64,000 bases of DNA, taken from a virus. Each line of letters starts with the position of its first letter. Position 1 is the stretch's first letter. The position numbers and the translations under genes were made by a program. The stretch lies in the IMG/VR virus record IMGVR_UViG_3300026488_000012, positions 32,001-96,000 of that record. One strand, 5' to 3'. This document shows, in pieces, positions 10,378-21,257 of this stretch. Below the pieces are notes generated by a model that worked only from the letters and a program-made list of their open reading frames with translations, was not told the origin of the DNA and ran no database searches.

Positions 10378-12468
10378 ATGAATAACGATATAAATTTTTA
10401 TGGCAATATAGAACTATACATAGATGATAGAGATGTATATAAGGTTAGAAAAGATGATTTAACAGTATTGGATACTGAATGGATTTCAGATATATTTATG
10501 ATTAAACCGGAACAGTTGGACGAAGTAGTAAAAGACGCAAGATTCTGGACTACTGCCGAGATGAAAGTGACGGATACTAGTTTAGGTGGTAATACCAGTA
10601 TAAATAACTTACCACAATTTACAAGGTATACTGATCCCAGAGTAAAAGGATTAAGAAAAGATAGAGCCGACGTTAAAGTAAACCATGTAACTGGTAATAT
10701 AGGTATGGGTAGGTATTACTCTGAGAAAATAGATGATAACTATATACGCTGCTTTATGGAATTCGGTGTTCCTGAGTTTAACGGAGTGTTTAGTTTCCTA
10801 ACATCAGCTGTGGATTACAAAGAAGCAGTTATAGCTAATAGTGCTAGATCACCAGTTCCTTATATGGTTGGACACTTAGCTGGTAGTATAGCTATGTTTG
10901 CAGCGTTCCCTATAGCCAGTACTCTTATCTGGTTAGGTAGTTACGCTAAAGATTTATTAATAGGTCCAGGTAACTTCGATTTCTACTATATGAAACCAGC
11001 TATGTTTAAATACTGGTCCGTAGTTAACAGTTTAGTAATAATGATGGCTACTGAATTAGGTATATTAGTTCCGTACTTCGAATCAAATACTAATGACAAT
11101 ATTATAGGTACTCCTGTAAAATTTGATAAAGATGACTTAAACTTTCTAAAACAGTATATGCCTAACTTAATTACAGATGAGAATAATATAGATATTATGG
11201 CTGTTGTTACAAAAACACAAAGAGCTATAAATCAGTACTTGGACAAATCATATACAGAGATTCTGCAAGAGAATAGTTTAGGAAGCTTACACGAGTTAAT
11301 AGAGAAGTCAAGGAACATAGATATACCTACTCCAACTACAGAAACATCATTTTGGAAAAAAATGAAAGACCTTTTAACTGGTTCTTATTTTTACGATTCA
11401 AACTCCAGCAATAATAATAACGAAAATAAACCTGAAACTAGTAAGGATAAAACTCCTAAGAAAATATCTGCTAATGACGACGGTACTTATAATAAAGGAG
11501 ATTTACATTTTAAACAAAATGAGCAAGGACCTGCTAGTAATTTTTTTGAAATCGCAAAAGCTACAGCTTACGAAGGAGCTCAGTATGCTGTCTTTAATGT
11601 TGAATATCTAGGAAGTAGTACTACTTCATTTAGCAATCAGACAGGTGAGCTAGAACTAGAAGGTATATTAAAAGGAGTAGGTAGTAAAGCAAGAAGTGTT
11701 AAGTTTAATTTAGGAGGAGGAGAGATTATACCTGGATTACAAACAATGCTTAATGCAGCTAAGGATACTGCGGTAGGATTACTAGACGGTGCTACATTTA
11801 ACGTAACAGGTAAAATACTTACATTATTACTGGGAGATGGTAACGTAAGTCTACCGTTAAGATGGATGGATAGTAGTATAAGTCTACCATCACATACATT
11901 CAAGATGAAATTAGTATCTCCATATGGAAACCCTATATCACAATTGATAAATATCTATATACCGTTAGCATCTATAATGGCTGGGGCATTACCATTAGCT
12001 ACAGGTAGAAGGTCATACACATCACCATTCTTATGTAGTATGTTTATAAGAGGATACCAGAGTATAAAATTAGGTATGATTACGTCTTTAAACATAACTA
12101 AAGGGACTACCAACTTAGCTTTTAATAAATCTAGAAAACCATTAGGAGTGGAAGTAGAATTTAGCGTAACCGACTTTAGTCAAGTTGTAGCTCTACCTGT
12201 TGGACATGATTTAGTTTCATCTTCTAATATAATAATGGATGATGAAAGTCCTCTTAATAGATTTATACAAAGTCTTTGTGGTAGAGATTTATATACCACT
12301 ACATATCTCTTCCCTAAGGCTAAACTAAGAATAAGTAGAGAGATACAAGAATCTAGTATGGTAACTAAACCATCCTACTGGGGTATGAGGATAGGAGAGA
12401 TATTTAGGCCGCTATCAACTCTTATTCCAGGTGCTACTAGATATGAAAATTATTCTGAAGCATACTAG
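10378..12468 (+). CDS. Conserved phiKZ-like virion structural protein (tail/baseplate)
   Basis: Motifs DTSLGGN..IN.LPQFTRYTD, FGVPEFNGVFSF, LVSPYGNP and RSYTSPFLC...LGMITSLNITKG typical of phiKZ-like structural proteins. Confidence 0.72.
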   Translation: MNNDINFYGNIELYIDDRDVYKVRKDDLTVLDTEWISDIFMIKPEQLDEVVKDARFWTTAEMKVTDTSLGGNTSINNLPQFTRYTDPRVKGLRKDRADVKVNHVTGNIGMGRYYSEKIDDNYIRCFMEFGVPEFNGVFSFLTSAVDYKEAVIANSARSPVPYMVGHLAGSIAMFAAFPIASTLIWLGSYAKDLLIGPGNFDFYYMKPAMFKYWSVVNSLVIMMATELGILVPYFESNTNDNIIGTPVKFDKDDLNFLKQYMPNLITDENNIDIMAVVTKTQRAINQYLDKSYTEILQENSLGSLHELIEKSRNIDIPTPTTETSFWKKMKDLLTGSYFYDSNSSNNNNENKPETSKDKTPKKISANDDGTYNKGDLHFKQNEQGPASNFFEIAKATAYEGAQYAVFNVEYLGSSTTSFSNQTGELELEGILKGVGSKARSVKFNLGGGEIIPGLQTMLNAAKDTAVGLLDGATFNVTGKILTLLLGDGNVSLPLRWMDSSISLPSHTFKMKLVSPYGNPISQLINIYIPLASIMAGALPLATGRRSYTSPFLCSMFIRGYQSIKLGMITSLNITKGTTNLAFNKSRKPLGVEVEFSVTDFSQVVALPVGHDLVSSSNIIMDDESPLNRFIQSLCGRDLYTTTYLFPKAKLRISREIQESSMVTKPSYWGMRIGEIFRPLSTLIPGATRYENYSEAY

Positions 12469-12488
12469 GAGTATTCACTCCTAGTATG
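12461..12488. terminator. Bidirectional hairpin between convergent genes
   Basis: catactaggagt / actcctagtatg (12 bp). Confidence 0.7.
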
Positions 12489-13553
12489 CTATATTACATA
12501 ATTTAATACGGTTTCATCGATATCGTCATCTGTATCTGTTTCCATATTTACTATATCCAATAAATCAGACTCATTAACATTAACATTTAAATAATCAATC
12601 CTACTATCAGATTCACTATGTGAATTAATAACAGCTGATACTATAGCAGAGTTAATTATATCTTCTTTTAACTTATTAGATTCAGCATAGGAGTAACTGT
12701 TATTACCGGGTATATTTATGTCTTTAAGTTTATCTATTATTTCACTACCGCCTATATTAACAGCATCGGAACCTAGAGTAGTAATCTTAGATTTATTTAA
12801 GCTTTTAGTATTATCTACTGCGTTCTGGATTAAAGCTATTTTAGCATCAGACCCATTTAAAATATTGTCTAACTCTATTGCTGATTTAGCTAATGAATGT
12901 AAGGTGTCACTATCTATAGTCCCTTTAGTAACGACATTTTTAACTATTAAATCAGCAGTATGTTTTCCAACACCTAAGTCTCTTAAACCACCTTTTAACG
13001 TATCCCTTAATAAACCTACCATAGCTTTATCATCTATACTACAGCTGATAGCGATTATAGCCGTACTTATTAATGCTAAATTAATACTATCTCTTACAGA
13101 ACCAGCAAAACTAGCGTCTGCCCCGGAACATAGTCGTTCAACTACTTTATCTATACCTGCTTTAACATCAGGTGGAACCATTTTAGCTATTTCAGAAGCA
13201 GCTAGTTTTTTTATGGTATCTATATTTGAAAATTTCTCGTATACACTTTTAGAAGTATTTACAAGGTCTTTAATGTTATTAATCTCTGTATTAGCTTTCT
13301 TAGCGTTTTTTACAAAGTCTTCAAGCTTCTTTAATACACTATCGCTCTCTGTATCATTCTCTAAGATATTCTTATTATTTGTTTTATTTTTAACACTCTT
13401 AGTTTCATTTTCTGTTAAGTCTGATAAAGGAGCTTTTTGTAAACCATTAAAGTTTGTTTTTTTATTATCCAAATTTTTATTAGTATGTTTAAGTTTATCA
13501 GCTATGTTACCAACAGATGGATAATCATAGACTCCCACGTTACTAAGCGCCAT
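12489..13553 (-). CDS. Hypothetical protein, possible virion protein
   Basis: Long N/S/K/D-rich ORF. The best SD (aaagga) precedes the ATG at 13553; the ORF track starts it at 13577. Confidence 0.65.
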   Translation of the reverse strand: MALSNVGVYDYPSVGNIADKLKHTNKNLDNKKTNFNGLQKAPLSDLTENETKSVKNKTNNKNILENDTESDSVLKKLEDFVKNAKKANTEINNIKDLVNTSKSVYEKFSNIDTIKKLAASEIAKMVPPDVKAGIDKVVERLCSGADASFAGSVRDSINLALISTAIIAISCSIDDKAMVGLLRDTLKGGLRDLGVGKHTADLIVKNVVTKGTIDSDTLHSLAKSAIELDNILNGSDAKIALIQNAVDNTKSLNKSKITTLGSDAVNIGGSEIIDKLKDINIPGNNSYSYAESNKLKEDIINSAIVSAVINSHSESDSRIDYLNVNVNESDLLDIVNMETDTDDDIDETVLNYVI

Positions 13554-13643
13554 TGTATATCCTTTATTAAAAATCATATCACGTAATTCCTAGATAAGTC
13601 AAATATACAGTAATACAGATAATTAGTAAAAAAAAATTGATTT

Positions 13644-13678
13644 CCAAGGGTTTTCTTATGTATCTTATTAATTTGCAA
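13644..13678 (+). promoter_or_regulatory. Putative early (vRNAP) promoter
   Basis: ccaag-N12-tatcttattaatttgcaa. Confidence 0.7.
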
Positions 13679-13705
13679 AACCAAAACAAATCTAAAGGAG
13701 TCAAC

Positions 13706-14167
13706 ATGGAAAACAAAATTATGGACATATTAAGTAGTGTAGAGTTTGAAGTAATTAAAGAGGACAATGTTGCTACTATCAAACCTAAAAATGAAGAGCT
13801 ATATTTCGAGGCCGCTAAAGCCTACGATGAAAGCTTAACTAAGAAGACACTGAAAACGGTTCAAAAATTTGAGGATGAGCTGTTAAAAGCCGGGTTAGAA
13901 ACAGCAGCTAGTAAAGCTAAAGAACTATTTAAAGAAGACGAGAACATTAAGGATTTCGTAATGGAAATGCCTTTCGGTGTGAACAAAACCGATACAGTAC
14001 ATTACGAAATCGAGAGAATGAGAGAATTTAAAGTACCAGGAGAAGATAGGGTTGTTAAAAAGACCTACATTAAAGCACCTATGATTAAGAAGACAGGTTG
14101 TAAAGTAAGCAAAACGATGATTAAGTCTTTAGAAGAGGATTTAACTACAGCATTAGGAATTAAATAA
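13706..14167 (+). CDS. Conserved jumbo-phage hypothetical early protein
   Basis: SD aaggag before ATG 13706, early-promoter motif at 13661 and terminator at 14164. K/E-rich, 153 aa. Confidence 0.8.
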   Translation: MENKIMDILSSVEFEVIKEDNVATIKPKNEELYFEAAKAYDESLTKKTLKTVQKFEDELLKAGLETAASKAKELFKEDENIKDFVMEMPFGVNKTDTVHYEIERMREFKVPGEDRVVKKTYIKAPMIKKTGCKVSKTMIKSLEEDLTTALGIK

Positions 14168-14208
14168 CAGATACGGGATAATCCCGTATCTGTTATATTT
14201 TTTTTTTT
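14164..14208. terminator. Bidirectional terminator
   Basis: ataacagatacgggat / atcccgtatctgttat (16 bp) plus T run. Confidence 0.8.
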
Positions 14209-14221
14209 ATTTAGTCATTTT

Positions 14222-15184
14222 CTAAGATTTAGCTGTTTGTTCGAAATAAATATCTTTATCAGATTCTAGAGTAGGGTCTACCTCTTTAGCAGGCGGTAGT
14301 ATATAGTCATTTGTTAATTTATATAGTTGTAGTTTATCTAAGAAATCTTGTGCTAATTTTCTAACATTTAAGTTAGAGCTATGAATAGCAAATCCACCAA
14401 GCTCAATACTGAGTTCTTCAATTTCTTTATCTGCTTTCTTATCTTTTTTACCTATAATGTTTGGTACTGCTCTAGGGAACATATTAGAAACTAACCAAGC
14501 ATTGTTTACTCTAGCATTAAGAATATCTGGTTCGATGAATAAACATGTCATTGTGTAATATTCAGTAGACCATACGTTTTTATTAAGAGGAACTTCGATA
14601 GATCCGTTATCGATTAATAACCCATTATCTCCGTCTGATTTTAACCATTGTGCAATCAACGGTTGTTTAGTATCTGGGTCCATAATTAAGAATCTAATCC
14701 ATACATCTAGTAGATTCTTAACAGCTTGTCCATATTTTTCTGTTAAAGATATAGTAACATTTGAAGCAGCTCTTGTAACGTTAACAGGCTCTTGGTATGT
14801 GGCACCATCTAATCCTAAATCATGTTCACCCACGTTAACGGTTAAGCTACTATCTAATCCTTCGATAGTTCTTGCGTGTTTTTCAATAAGTGCTTTAGCA
14901 GCTAGTTTAAAATATTCTCCGTTAGGTAGGAGTTCAAATCCTTTAGGTACTTGTAATACAATAGGAATGATATCTCTTCTTATATAAGCTTGGTCAGCCA
15001 TCCAAGCATGTCTATTTTTATCGTCACCTATAAGTGGTAAAAATCCCCACTGTCCACCTTTTAATAAATTAGAACTAGGTATACCATACAATCCCGCATT
15101 ATCTTCATTTACGATATTATAAGCAGACTCGTTGTAATCATATATACCTTCAGAACTATTTAAAGCTACTGTTGAACCAAACAT
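14222..15184 (-). CDS. Tail tube protein (phiKZ gp30-like)
   Basis: Directly follows the sheath gene. YIRRDIIPIVLQVPKGF, IEGLDSSLTV, LTEKYG and NAWLVSNMFP match phiKZ-type tube proteins. Confidence 0.88.
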   Translation of the reverse strand: MFGSTVALNSSEGIYDYNESAYNIVNEDNAGLYGIPSSNLLKGGQWGFLPLIGDDKNRHAWMADQAYIRRDIIPIVLQVPKGFELLPNGEYFKLAAKALIEKHARTIEGLDSSLTVNVGEHDLGLDGATYQEPVNVTRAASNVTISLTEKYGQAVKNLLDVWIRFLIMDPDTKQPLIAQWLKSDGDNGLLIDNGSIEVPLNKNVWSTEYYTMTCLFIEPDILNARVNNAWLVSNMFPRAVPNIIGKKDKKADKEIEELSIELGGFAIHSSNLNVRKLAQDFLDKLQLYKLTNDYILPPAKEVDPTLESDKDIYFEQTAKS

Positions 15185-15226
15185 TTTTTCTCCTTAAAAT
15201 AAATTTAATAAAAAAGAAGATAGACA

Positions 15227-17323
15227 TTAAAGTCTATCCGCGTTAACTGTAAGTTGCATTTCTGTTTTCATAGTCGGAGAATAGATATTAATATCAGTAC
15301 TCCAGCTATATCCTTCTAACTCGTTATTTTCAGTTAGATAAGAAGTAGCTTCAACCTTAAACATATCACCAAATGCTCCGTCTAACTTACTCATAATGAA
15401 ACTATCAACTTTTTTCAAGAACTCTTTATCAGGTAAGCTAACAGAACCACTGAATCTTCTATGTGCTTCATATGCAACTTTATAAATCCAAACGATAGCC
15501 ATAGCTGTAAAGTAACTATTAAGAACAGATGTATCATCTGGATAAACTGTTTGAAGAGCAGTAAAACAGTATGTGCTTCTATCGATAGGTTCTGGATATA
15601 CCATATTGATAGACCATAGGTTAGCTTTAACTGTTTCAGGTACAAATTTAGGTTCTATGTCTATCATAGATTTAATTATGTTTAATTCTCCTCTATCGAA
15701 TAGTTTGTTTTTATTCCATTTAGCTCCGCTAGCTCCCATAAAGCTACAAGATTTCTCAGTTATATCAAGTGTTAATGGATATCTAGATAGGTTAACATCT
15801 GATTTAATTCTACCAGAACCTGCTACTATCATAGCTCTCATAACCGGAGTACCGTACTCTTCAGATTCAGGAGCTAATTGACATCTACTGTTAAGAGCAA
15901 CGGCTATAGCTCTTTCTTCTTCTAAAGTAAACGGTTTATCACTTTCAGATTTAACATATGTACTTAAAATCAAGAACGTGTCATGTCTTAGCGCTATGAA
16001 GTTAACAAGAGATTTTTTAGTTTCTACACCGAAACCACTATCCACAAGTACTGTTTCAACATTAACTAATGGATCCATATATGGACCATCTACTTGCAAA
16101 TATAAATCCATTTGTTCTCTTACTAAAGATTCAAATGTTTCATCATCTATTTTACCATCTTTACCACCTTTCATAAATAGTGGTAAGTTTTTACCAAGAG
16201 TTACATCCACCATACCATCAGATAACGTAGCTTCATCTTTATCGTGTACGAATCCAAAATAAGGTACTCTGCTTAAAGTTCTAAATGATACTGGGTTAAG
16301 CATATATTTATTCTCATCATCAGTTGCTTCTTCTATAAAGTCATACCACTCAGAAGTATTAACAGTACCCTCTTCTGTTTCGATATCTTTACCATACCAC
16401 TCTTTTTCTTTTTCGTAAAGTTTAGTTAGTACTAAATCAGCATTATCTGCATAGAAGTATGGTTTTAAGATTTCTTTATATTCGTCTTCTGTATAGTATT
16501 TATCAAGAATTCTACTAATATCTAAGAATTCGTTTGTTATAGGATGTTTAGCTTTAGGATTTAAAGCGAATGTGATATTAGGTCCGTTATAAATATTAGG
16601 GAATACTCTAGGTGTTCTAGTTTCATTGTCTTTTCTATAATAATAGAAGTACAGTGGAAATGTTCTGAATTTTTCTAAATCCTCTTTACTTACTTTATTA
16701 ATATCTGCAGTAGCGAATGCGAATCCTAAATCGTTACCATACTCACCAACATCAGCTGCCCTAAATTCAAAAATAGGATACATCGTTGATTTGTTACCAT
16801 CGGCGTCTTCCATCGTTCCTGTTTTAACAGTTTTAGTTCCATACTCTTCAGAACCATCTGTGTATTCAACTATCCATTTAACTCTGTATCCTTTAAAAGG
16901 AGAATTATCTTCATCGACTACTGGTTCTCCATTATCGTCATATACTATAGAACCATCGATATGTCTTTTATATACATCGATATCGTCTTCTAAAATATCT
17001 AAATATAGTGTAATATTAGACCTCTCTTTTACAACAGGGTCTACTAGTCTATGAACTACAGCCACGCCACTATTAGATAAAACAGTCTTTAATAACTGGT
17101 TAGTGTGTTTAAAATATTTACTATTAGAGTCGAATATCTCTTTACCATATAAGTTAATAGCTAATGAACTATTAACAACTTGTCTAGTTGTAGGTCCTTT
17201 TCTACTCATAACGAATACCAGCGGTAAAAACTGTGGTAATGAAGTAGTTTTATACGGTACTTGTCTTAAAGATTTATCATTAGTACCTCTTACGTTTACC
17301 CTAGGATATGCATTTGTAGCCAT
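15227..17323 (-). CDS. Tail sheath protein (phiKZ gp29-like)
   Basis: 698 aa with N-terminal NAYPRVNVRG..D.S, LPQFLPL...RKGP, DSGF..ETKKSL and a sheath-like C-terminus (SVLNSYF). Sheath-tube gene order. Confidence 0.92.
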   Translation of the reverse strand: MATNAYPRVNVRGTNDKSLRQVPYKTTSLPQFLPLVFVMSRKGPTTRQVVNSSLAINLYGKEIFDSNSKYFKHTNQLLKTVLSNSGVAVVHRLVDPVVKERSNITLYLDILEDDIDVYKRHIDGSIVYDDNGEPVVDEDNSPFKGYRVKWIVEYTDGSEEYGTKTVKTGTMEDADGNKSTMYPIFEFRAADVGEYGNDLGFAFATADINKVSKEDLEKFRTFPLYFYYYRKDNETRTPRVFPNIYNGPNITFALNPKAKHPITNEFLDISRILDKYYTEDEYKEILKPYFYADNADLVLTKLYEKEKEWYGKDIETEEGTVNTSEWYDFIEEATDDENKYMLNPVSFRTLSRVPYFGFVHDKDEATLSDGMVDVTLGKNLPLFMKGGKDGKIDDETFESLVREQMDLYLQVDGPYMDPLVNVETVLVDSGFGVETKKSLVNFIALRHDTFLILSTYVKSESDKPFTLEEERAIAVALNSRCQLAPESEEYGTPVMRAMIVAGSGRIKSDVNLSRYPLTLDITEKSCSFMGASGAKWNKNKLFDRGELNIIKSMIDIEPKFVPETVKANLWSINMVYPEPIDRSTYCFTALQTVYPDDTSVLNSYFTAMAIVWIYKVAYEAHRRFSGSVSLPDKEFLKKVDSFIMSKLDGAFGDMFKVEATSYLTENNELEGYSWSTDINIYSPTMKTEMQLTVNADRL

Positions 17324-17401
17324 ATCGAATCCTTTATAACTGATTTAATTATCATATAAAACCGATATATTTATCGGAGAAAAAATATCAGAAACTATAT
17401 A

Positions 17402-17432
17402 ATATCATCTGGAGATTAACTCCAGATGATAT
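17402..17432 (-). terminator. Terminator hairpin
   Basis: atatcatctggag / ctccagatgatat, overlapping the stop of 17416..19266. Confidence 0.7.
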
Positions 17433-19266
17433 CTGTAAATTCTTTTTTGTCGTTGAAACCTGCTAACAAAACATTACCAGATTTAAGTCTGACTAAATTA
17501 ACAAGTTTTGTATCGTCATCGATCATAAGAGCGTATTCATTTGTTTTAACATCATTTTTACCAGTAGAATCAAACTCGGCAGAATATAATCTACTATTAT
17601 CGTCTAGCTGAGTAGTAAACAGAATAAAGTTACCATTATCCAGAGTTGTTCCTAATACGTTTTTGTTTCTCACTTCCTTAGGAACTGTAAATAATTTATA
17701 AACTTCATTTTTACTTACATCATAGGTAAACCCAAAGAACTCGTCTTCGTCTCCATAATAAATAGGAATAATAATAAACCTATCTTTCGTTATCCTACCA
17801 AAACAGACATTGTCAATTTCTTTATCTCCATTTATAACATTATGGTATAGTGTTGTTATAGTTTTACCATCATTACTTAGTTTCTTAATTATGATCTTAG
17901 TCTTATCATCCTTATCTATACTAGCCCAGTAGAATTCATTATTTAGAACACCATATGTGTTAGTATTAAAATCAGTTACTAACTCATCATCCCTAACTAA
18001 TGTACTCAATGATTCAATTGTTGAGTTATAAGGATTAACCTTGTAAGTTTCTAAAACCTTATTATTATCTTTGTCTACTTTATCTATAATAAGTATGTCA
18101 TTATCCATTAACTCGAATTTAATATATGGAGTTTCTTTTATATCTATATTCAAATTCTTGTTAAAGTATAGTTTATTGTTCGTTTTAGATAATAGATATG
18201 TACTTAATTTATTATTTCTATTAACCATAGGTATAAATCCTATGTATGTTTCCTCTGTTAAGACTTGTAAATCAGGATTAAGTAAATCATCCGGTTTTGT
18301 ACCGCCTACAAGATAGTCAGATTGACTGTTAGATTCTATAACCTTAGCAACATAGTTATATCCTCTTTTAGTATCGAATCTAATTTTTTCATCGATACCT
18401 TTAGTAAAGAAAGTATAGCTCGTTGTAAACATAGTTGTTTCGTCATTATCTAAGTATAACCATAATCTAACCCTATAACTATTCTTAGGAACTAGACATC
18501 CCATCTTGAAACTAAACTTGTTATCTTCAACATCCCCACTACAGATATATTTTCCATCTACTGTGAATAATTCTGCTTTCTTTAATTTAATATCTCTTAT
18601 AGTAGTCTGTTTTATTTCACCTTTATAATCCTCATATATAGGAACTATTTTCTTATTAGCAATTATTTCGTAATATTTTCTGGATAGTTGAAGTGTTTCA
18701 CTATGCATAGGAGATTCTGTACCTAAACTACTTATAAATGAAACATAAACTTTTATATACGGAATCTGTGTAAAATCTATCTCATCGTTTTTAATGTTTA
18801 AAGATGTTAGATTTTCTTCATCGTTTAATTTAACTACTAAGACTTCATTGTTCTCTACGTTCTTGATTATCCAGTTTGTAGCACGGTGTGGTACATTTCC
18901 TTCATAATCAGCTAGTTCTATCGTTAAACCATCTTCATAATCTAATGTAATATTCTTAATATAAGGCTCAGTTATTTTAACAGGAGGTTTAATAACTTCG
19001 TTAGTACCTGCTTCTTCAGATATAATAGGTTTAGGACCTATCCAAACATCGTTCTCAACTTCTTTAAATTTCCTTTTAGCTCTTACATAATAAACCTTAC
19101 CTACAGGCACAACTATATTAGTCTTATAAAAATTCTTATACTCTTCACTATCTATAACTTCATCTATTACATTTGTGAATTCTTTATCAGTAGCTATTTG
19201 CCAAGTAGTAGCAATATGAGTCACACCAGAATTATTGTCCCATTCTTGTAGTCTAAATATCTTCAT
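17416..19266 (-). CDS. Putative virion protein with an N-terminal FN3/Ig-like module and a beta-rich C-terminus
   Basis: H.AT.WQIATD..F motif at the N-terminus with a second degenerate copy (HRATNWII). Lies upstream of sheath and tube on the same strand. Confidence 0.6.
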   Translation of the reverse strand: MKIFRLQEWDNNSGVTHIATTWQIATDKEFTNVIDEVIDSEEYKNFYKTNIVVPVGKVYYVRAKRKFKEVENDVWIGPKPIISEEAGTNEVIKPPVKITEPYIKNITLDYEDGLTIELADYEGNVPHRATNWIIKNVENNEVLVVKLNDEENLTSLNIKNDEIDFTQIPYIKVYVSFISSLGTESPMHSETLQLSRKYYEIIANKKIVPIYEDYKGEIKQTTIRDIKLKKAELFTVDGKYICSGDVEDNKFSFKMGCLVPKNSYRVRLWLYLDNDETTMFTTSYTFFTKGIDEKIRFDTKRGYNYVAKVIESNSQSDYLVGGTKPDDLLNPDLQVLTEETYIGFIPMVNRNNKLSTYLLSKTNNKLYFNKNLNIDIKETPYIKFELMDNDILIIDKVDKDNNKVLETYKVNPYNSTIESLSTLVRDDELVTDFNTNTYGVLNNEFYWASIDKDDKTKIIIKKLSNDGKTITTLYHNVINGDKEIDNVCFGRITKDRFIIIPIYYGDEDEFFGFTYDVSKNEVYKLFTVPKEVRNKNVLGTTLDNGNFILFTTQLDDNSRLYSAEFDSTGKNDVKTNEYALMIDDDTKLVNLVRLKSGNVLLAGFNDKKEFTDIIWS

Positions 19267-19391
19267 GGAGTCATCCTTTTATATTAAGTGTATTCGAATT
19301 TCAAAGCATTTGTACCGATACCTATAAAAAACTGATAAACTAATATATCGGCTTTGTATTTCAACTGAGAAACAGATTTTAAGGAGTAGAT

Positions 19392-20828
19392 ATGGCTAAA
19401 TTCTTTAACTTAGGAAGTAACAGAAAGATAAAAGTTAAACCATTAATAAACATAGGATGTCTTATGGACATCCCAACTGGTAACTTAGTAAAAGGTAGAA
19501 AAGGAGAAACTATAGTAAACGGAGGATTAGGTACGTTCGATGGTATAGCTGGACCACCTAACAACTTTAAATCCAGAATATTAAGATATATGTTAATAAC
19601 CGCTGGTGATAGAATATCAGCAACAGTACCAGCTCCTATACATATATACGACACAGAAGACAGCTTACTGCATAACCCAGAGGGATTATTAAAAGAGTTA
19701 CAAAAAACAGAATGGTTAGGAGAAGAGAGTATAGAATCAGGACAGTTCACGCTTGTAAGTAAGTCTGAAATGTTAGCAGATGAATGGGCTAAGGAATTAT
19801 ACAGTATGGTTGATGATAAAATAAAAGACAAAAGCTCGATAGTAGAGTATTCATCATTTACAGAGAGTATAAAATCAGATAAACCATTAAAATATTTTAT
19901 CCCTTCTTTTATAGCTATAGATAGCTTAACTAAATTAGAACCGAGTAATACTGTTCAAGAGCTAGAGAAAGGTAATTTAGATAATAATACACTAGAAATG
20001 AGAAAGAACCTATATAAAAGCAAATTAGTGGGGGACCTACCAAGATTAGCTAATAAAGCCGGATTGTATATAGCAGTAACAGCACATATGGCTAAAGAGA
20101 TAAATATACCATCTGGTCCAGGTATGAATATGCCTACTAAATCTATACAGTATCTAAAGGCAGGTGATAAAGTAAAAGGGGTAACTCTAGATACTCTATA
20201 CCTAACTACTCATTTCTGGATAGCACATATGAGTAAATTATTAAAAAATAAGAATACAGGAGAACCTGAATTTCCTAATAAAGAAAATGATTTAGATACA
20301 GATTTACACTTAGTACAGTTAACGCTGTTAAGAAGTAAATCAGGACAATCCGGTATAACATTAGAAATTATAGTAAGTCAAACAGAAGGTGTATTACCAG
20401 ACTTAACGCAGTTCTATTACATTAAACAAAGGGACTTTGGTTTGGAAGGAAGTCCTAGAAGTTACTGGCTAACTTGGTTACCCGATATTAAATTACAGAG
20501 GACAACTGTTAGAAAGAAGTTACAGGAAGATGAGAAATTAAGAAGAGTAGTAGAGATAATGAGTGACTTATTACAACTATATACTTTTAAACCTGATTTA
20601 AGAGGCGTGTTATTCGACGATTTACTACAAGGTCGAGATTTTAAAGAATTACCAAAGATTATGTTAGAAAAAATGAAAGAGAAGAACATCGATTTAGATA
20701 CAGTTCTAAATACAAGAAACTGGTGGACTATTGATAATTATTCGGATAAGCTTAAACCATATTTATCCACAGTTGATTTGTTGAACTGGCTCAGCGACAA
20801 ATACGTTCCATTTTGGTATAAAAAATAA
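19392..20828 (+). CDS. uvsX: UvsX/RecA-like recombinase (phiKZ gp152-like)
   Basis: IPTGNLVKG...NGG, Walker A-like AGPPNNFKS, YDTE, Walker B IAIDSLT, VTAH and LRSKSG. Confidence 0.85.
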   Translation: MAKFFNLGSNRKIKVKPLINIGCLMDIPTGNLVKGRKGETIVNGGLGTFDGIAGPPNNFKSRILRYMLITAGDRISATVPAPIHIYDTEDSLLHNPEGLLKELQKTEWLGEESIESGQFTLVSKSEMLADEWAKELYSMVDDKIKDKSSIVEYSSFTESIKSDKPLKYFIPSFIAIDSLTKLEPSNTVQELEKGNLDNNTLEMRKNLYKSKLVGDLPRLANKAGLYIAVTAHMAKEINIPSGPGMNMPTKSIQYLKAGDKVKGVTLDTLYLTTHFWIAHMSKLLKNKNTGEPEFPNKENDLDTDLHLVQLTLLRSKSGQSGITLEIIVSQTEGVLPDLTQFYYIKQRDFGLEGSPRSYWLTWLPDIKLQRTTVRKKLQEDEKLRRVVEIMSDLLQLYTFKPDLRGVLFDDLLQGRDFKELPKIMLEKMKEKNIDLDTVLNTRNWWTIDNYSDKLKPYLSTVDLLNWLSDKYVPFWYKK

Positions 20829-20846
20829 TGTTAGAGGAGGTTGAAA

Positions 20847-21257
20847 ATGGATAAGAAAGAATTAGAAAAAGAGATTTACAAATTAAAAAACATTATGGAG
20901 ATAGAGAGAGAAGAGAATGAAGATGATTTATACGCTAAGATTATGAGATTTATAGATGAAATAAATTCGACAGACGATAATAAGGATAAACTAAAGACTC
21001 TTATAGATAACTTACATCCTAAAATAAGTAAGTTAAATAACTTAGCTTTTAGGACATTAGTAAACATGGCGTTTACTAAACTTCTGCTTATAGGTAAGGT
21101 ACACAATAATAAAGTTATGTCTGAATTCATTATACCTGTCTTGAATATAGAAGACCCTGAAAAAGTGTGGTTGGAAAATATGAAAGACATGGTACTTAAA
21201 TATATGCTTAACAGCGGTATTTTAATGTTAATAACTGTTCCTAAGGAGGAAAAATGA
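20847..21257 (+). CDS. Hypothetical protein
   Basis: SD gaggagg before ATG 20847; coupled to the next gene. Confidence 0.75.
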   Translation: MDKKELEKEIYKLKNIMEIEREENEDDLYAKIMRFIDEINSTDDNKDKLKTLIDNLHPKISKLNNLAFRTLVNMAFTKLLLIGKVHNNKVMSEFIIPVLNIEDPEKVWLENMKDMVLKYMLNSGILMLITVPKEEK

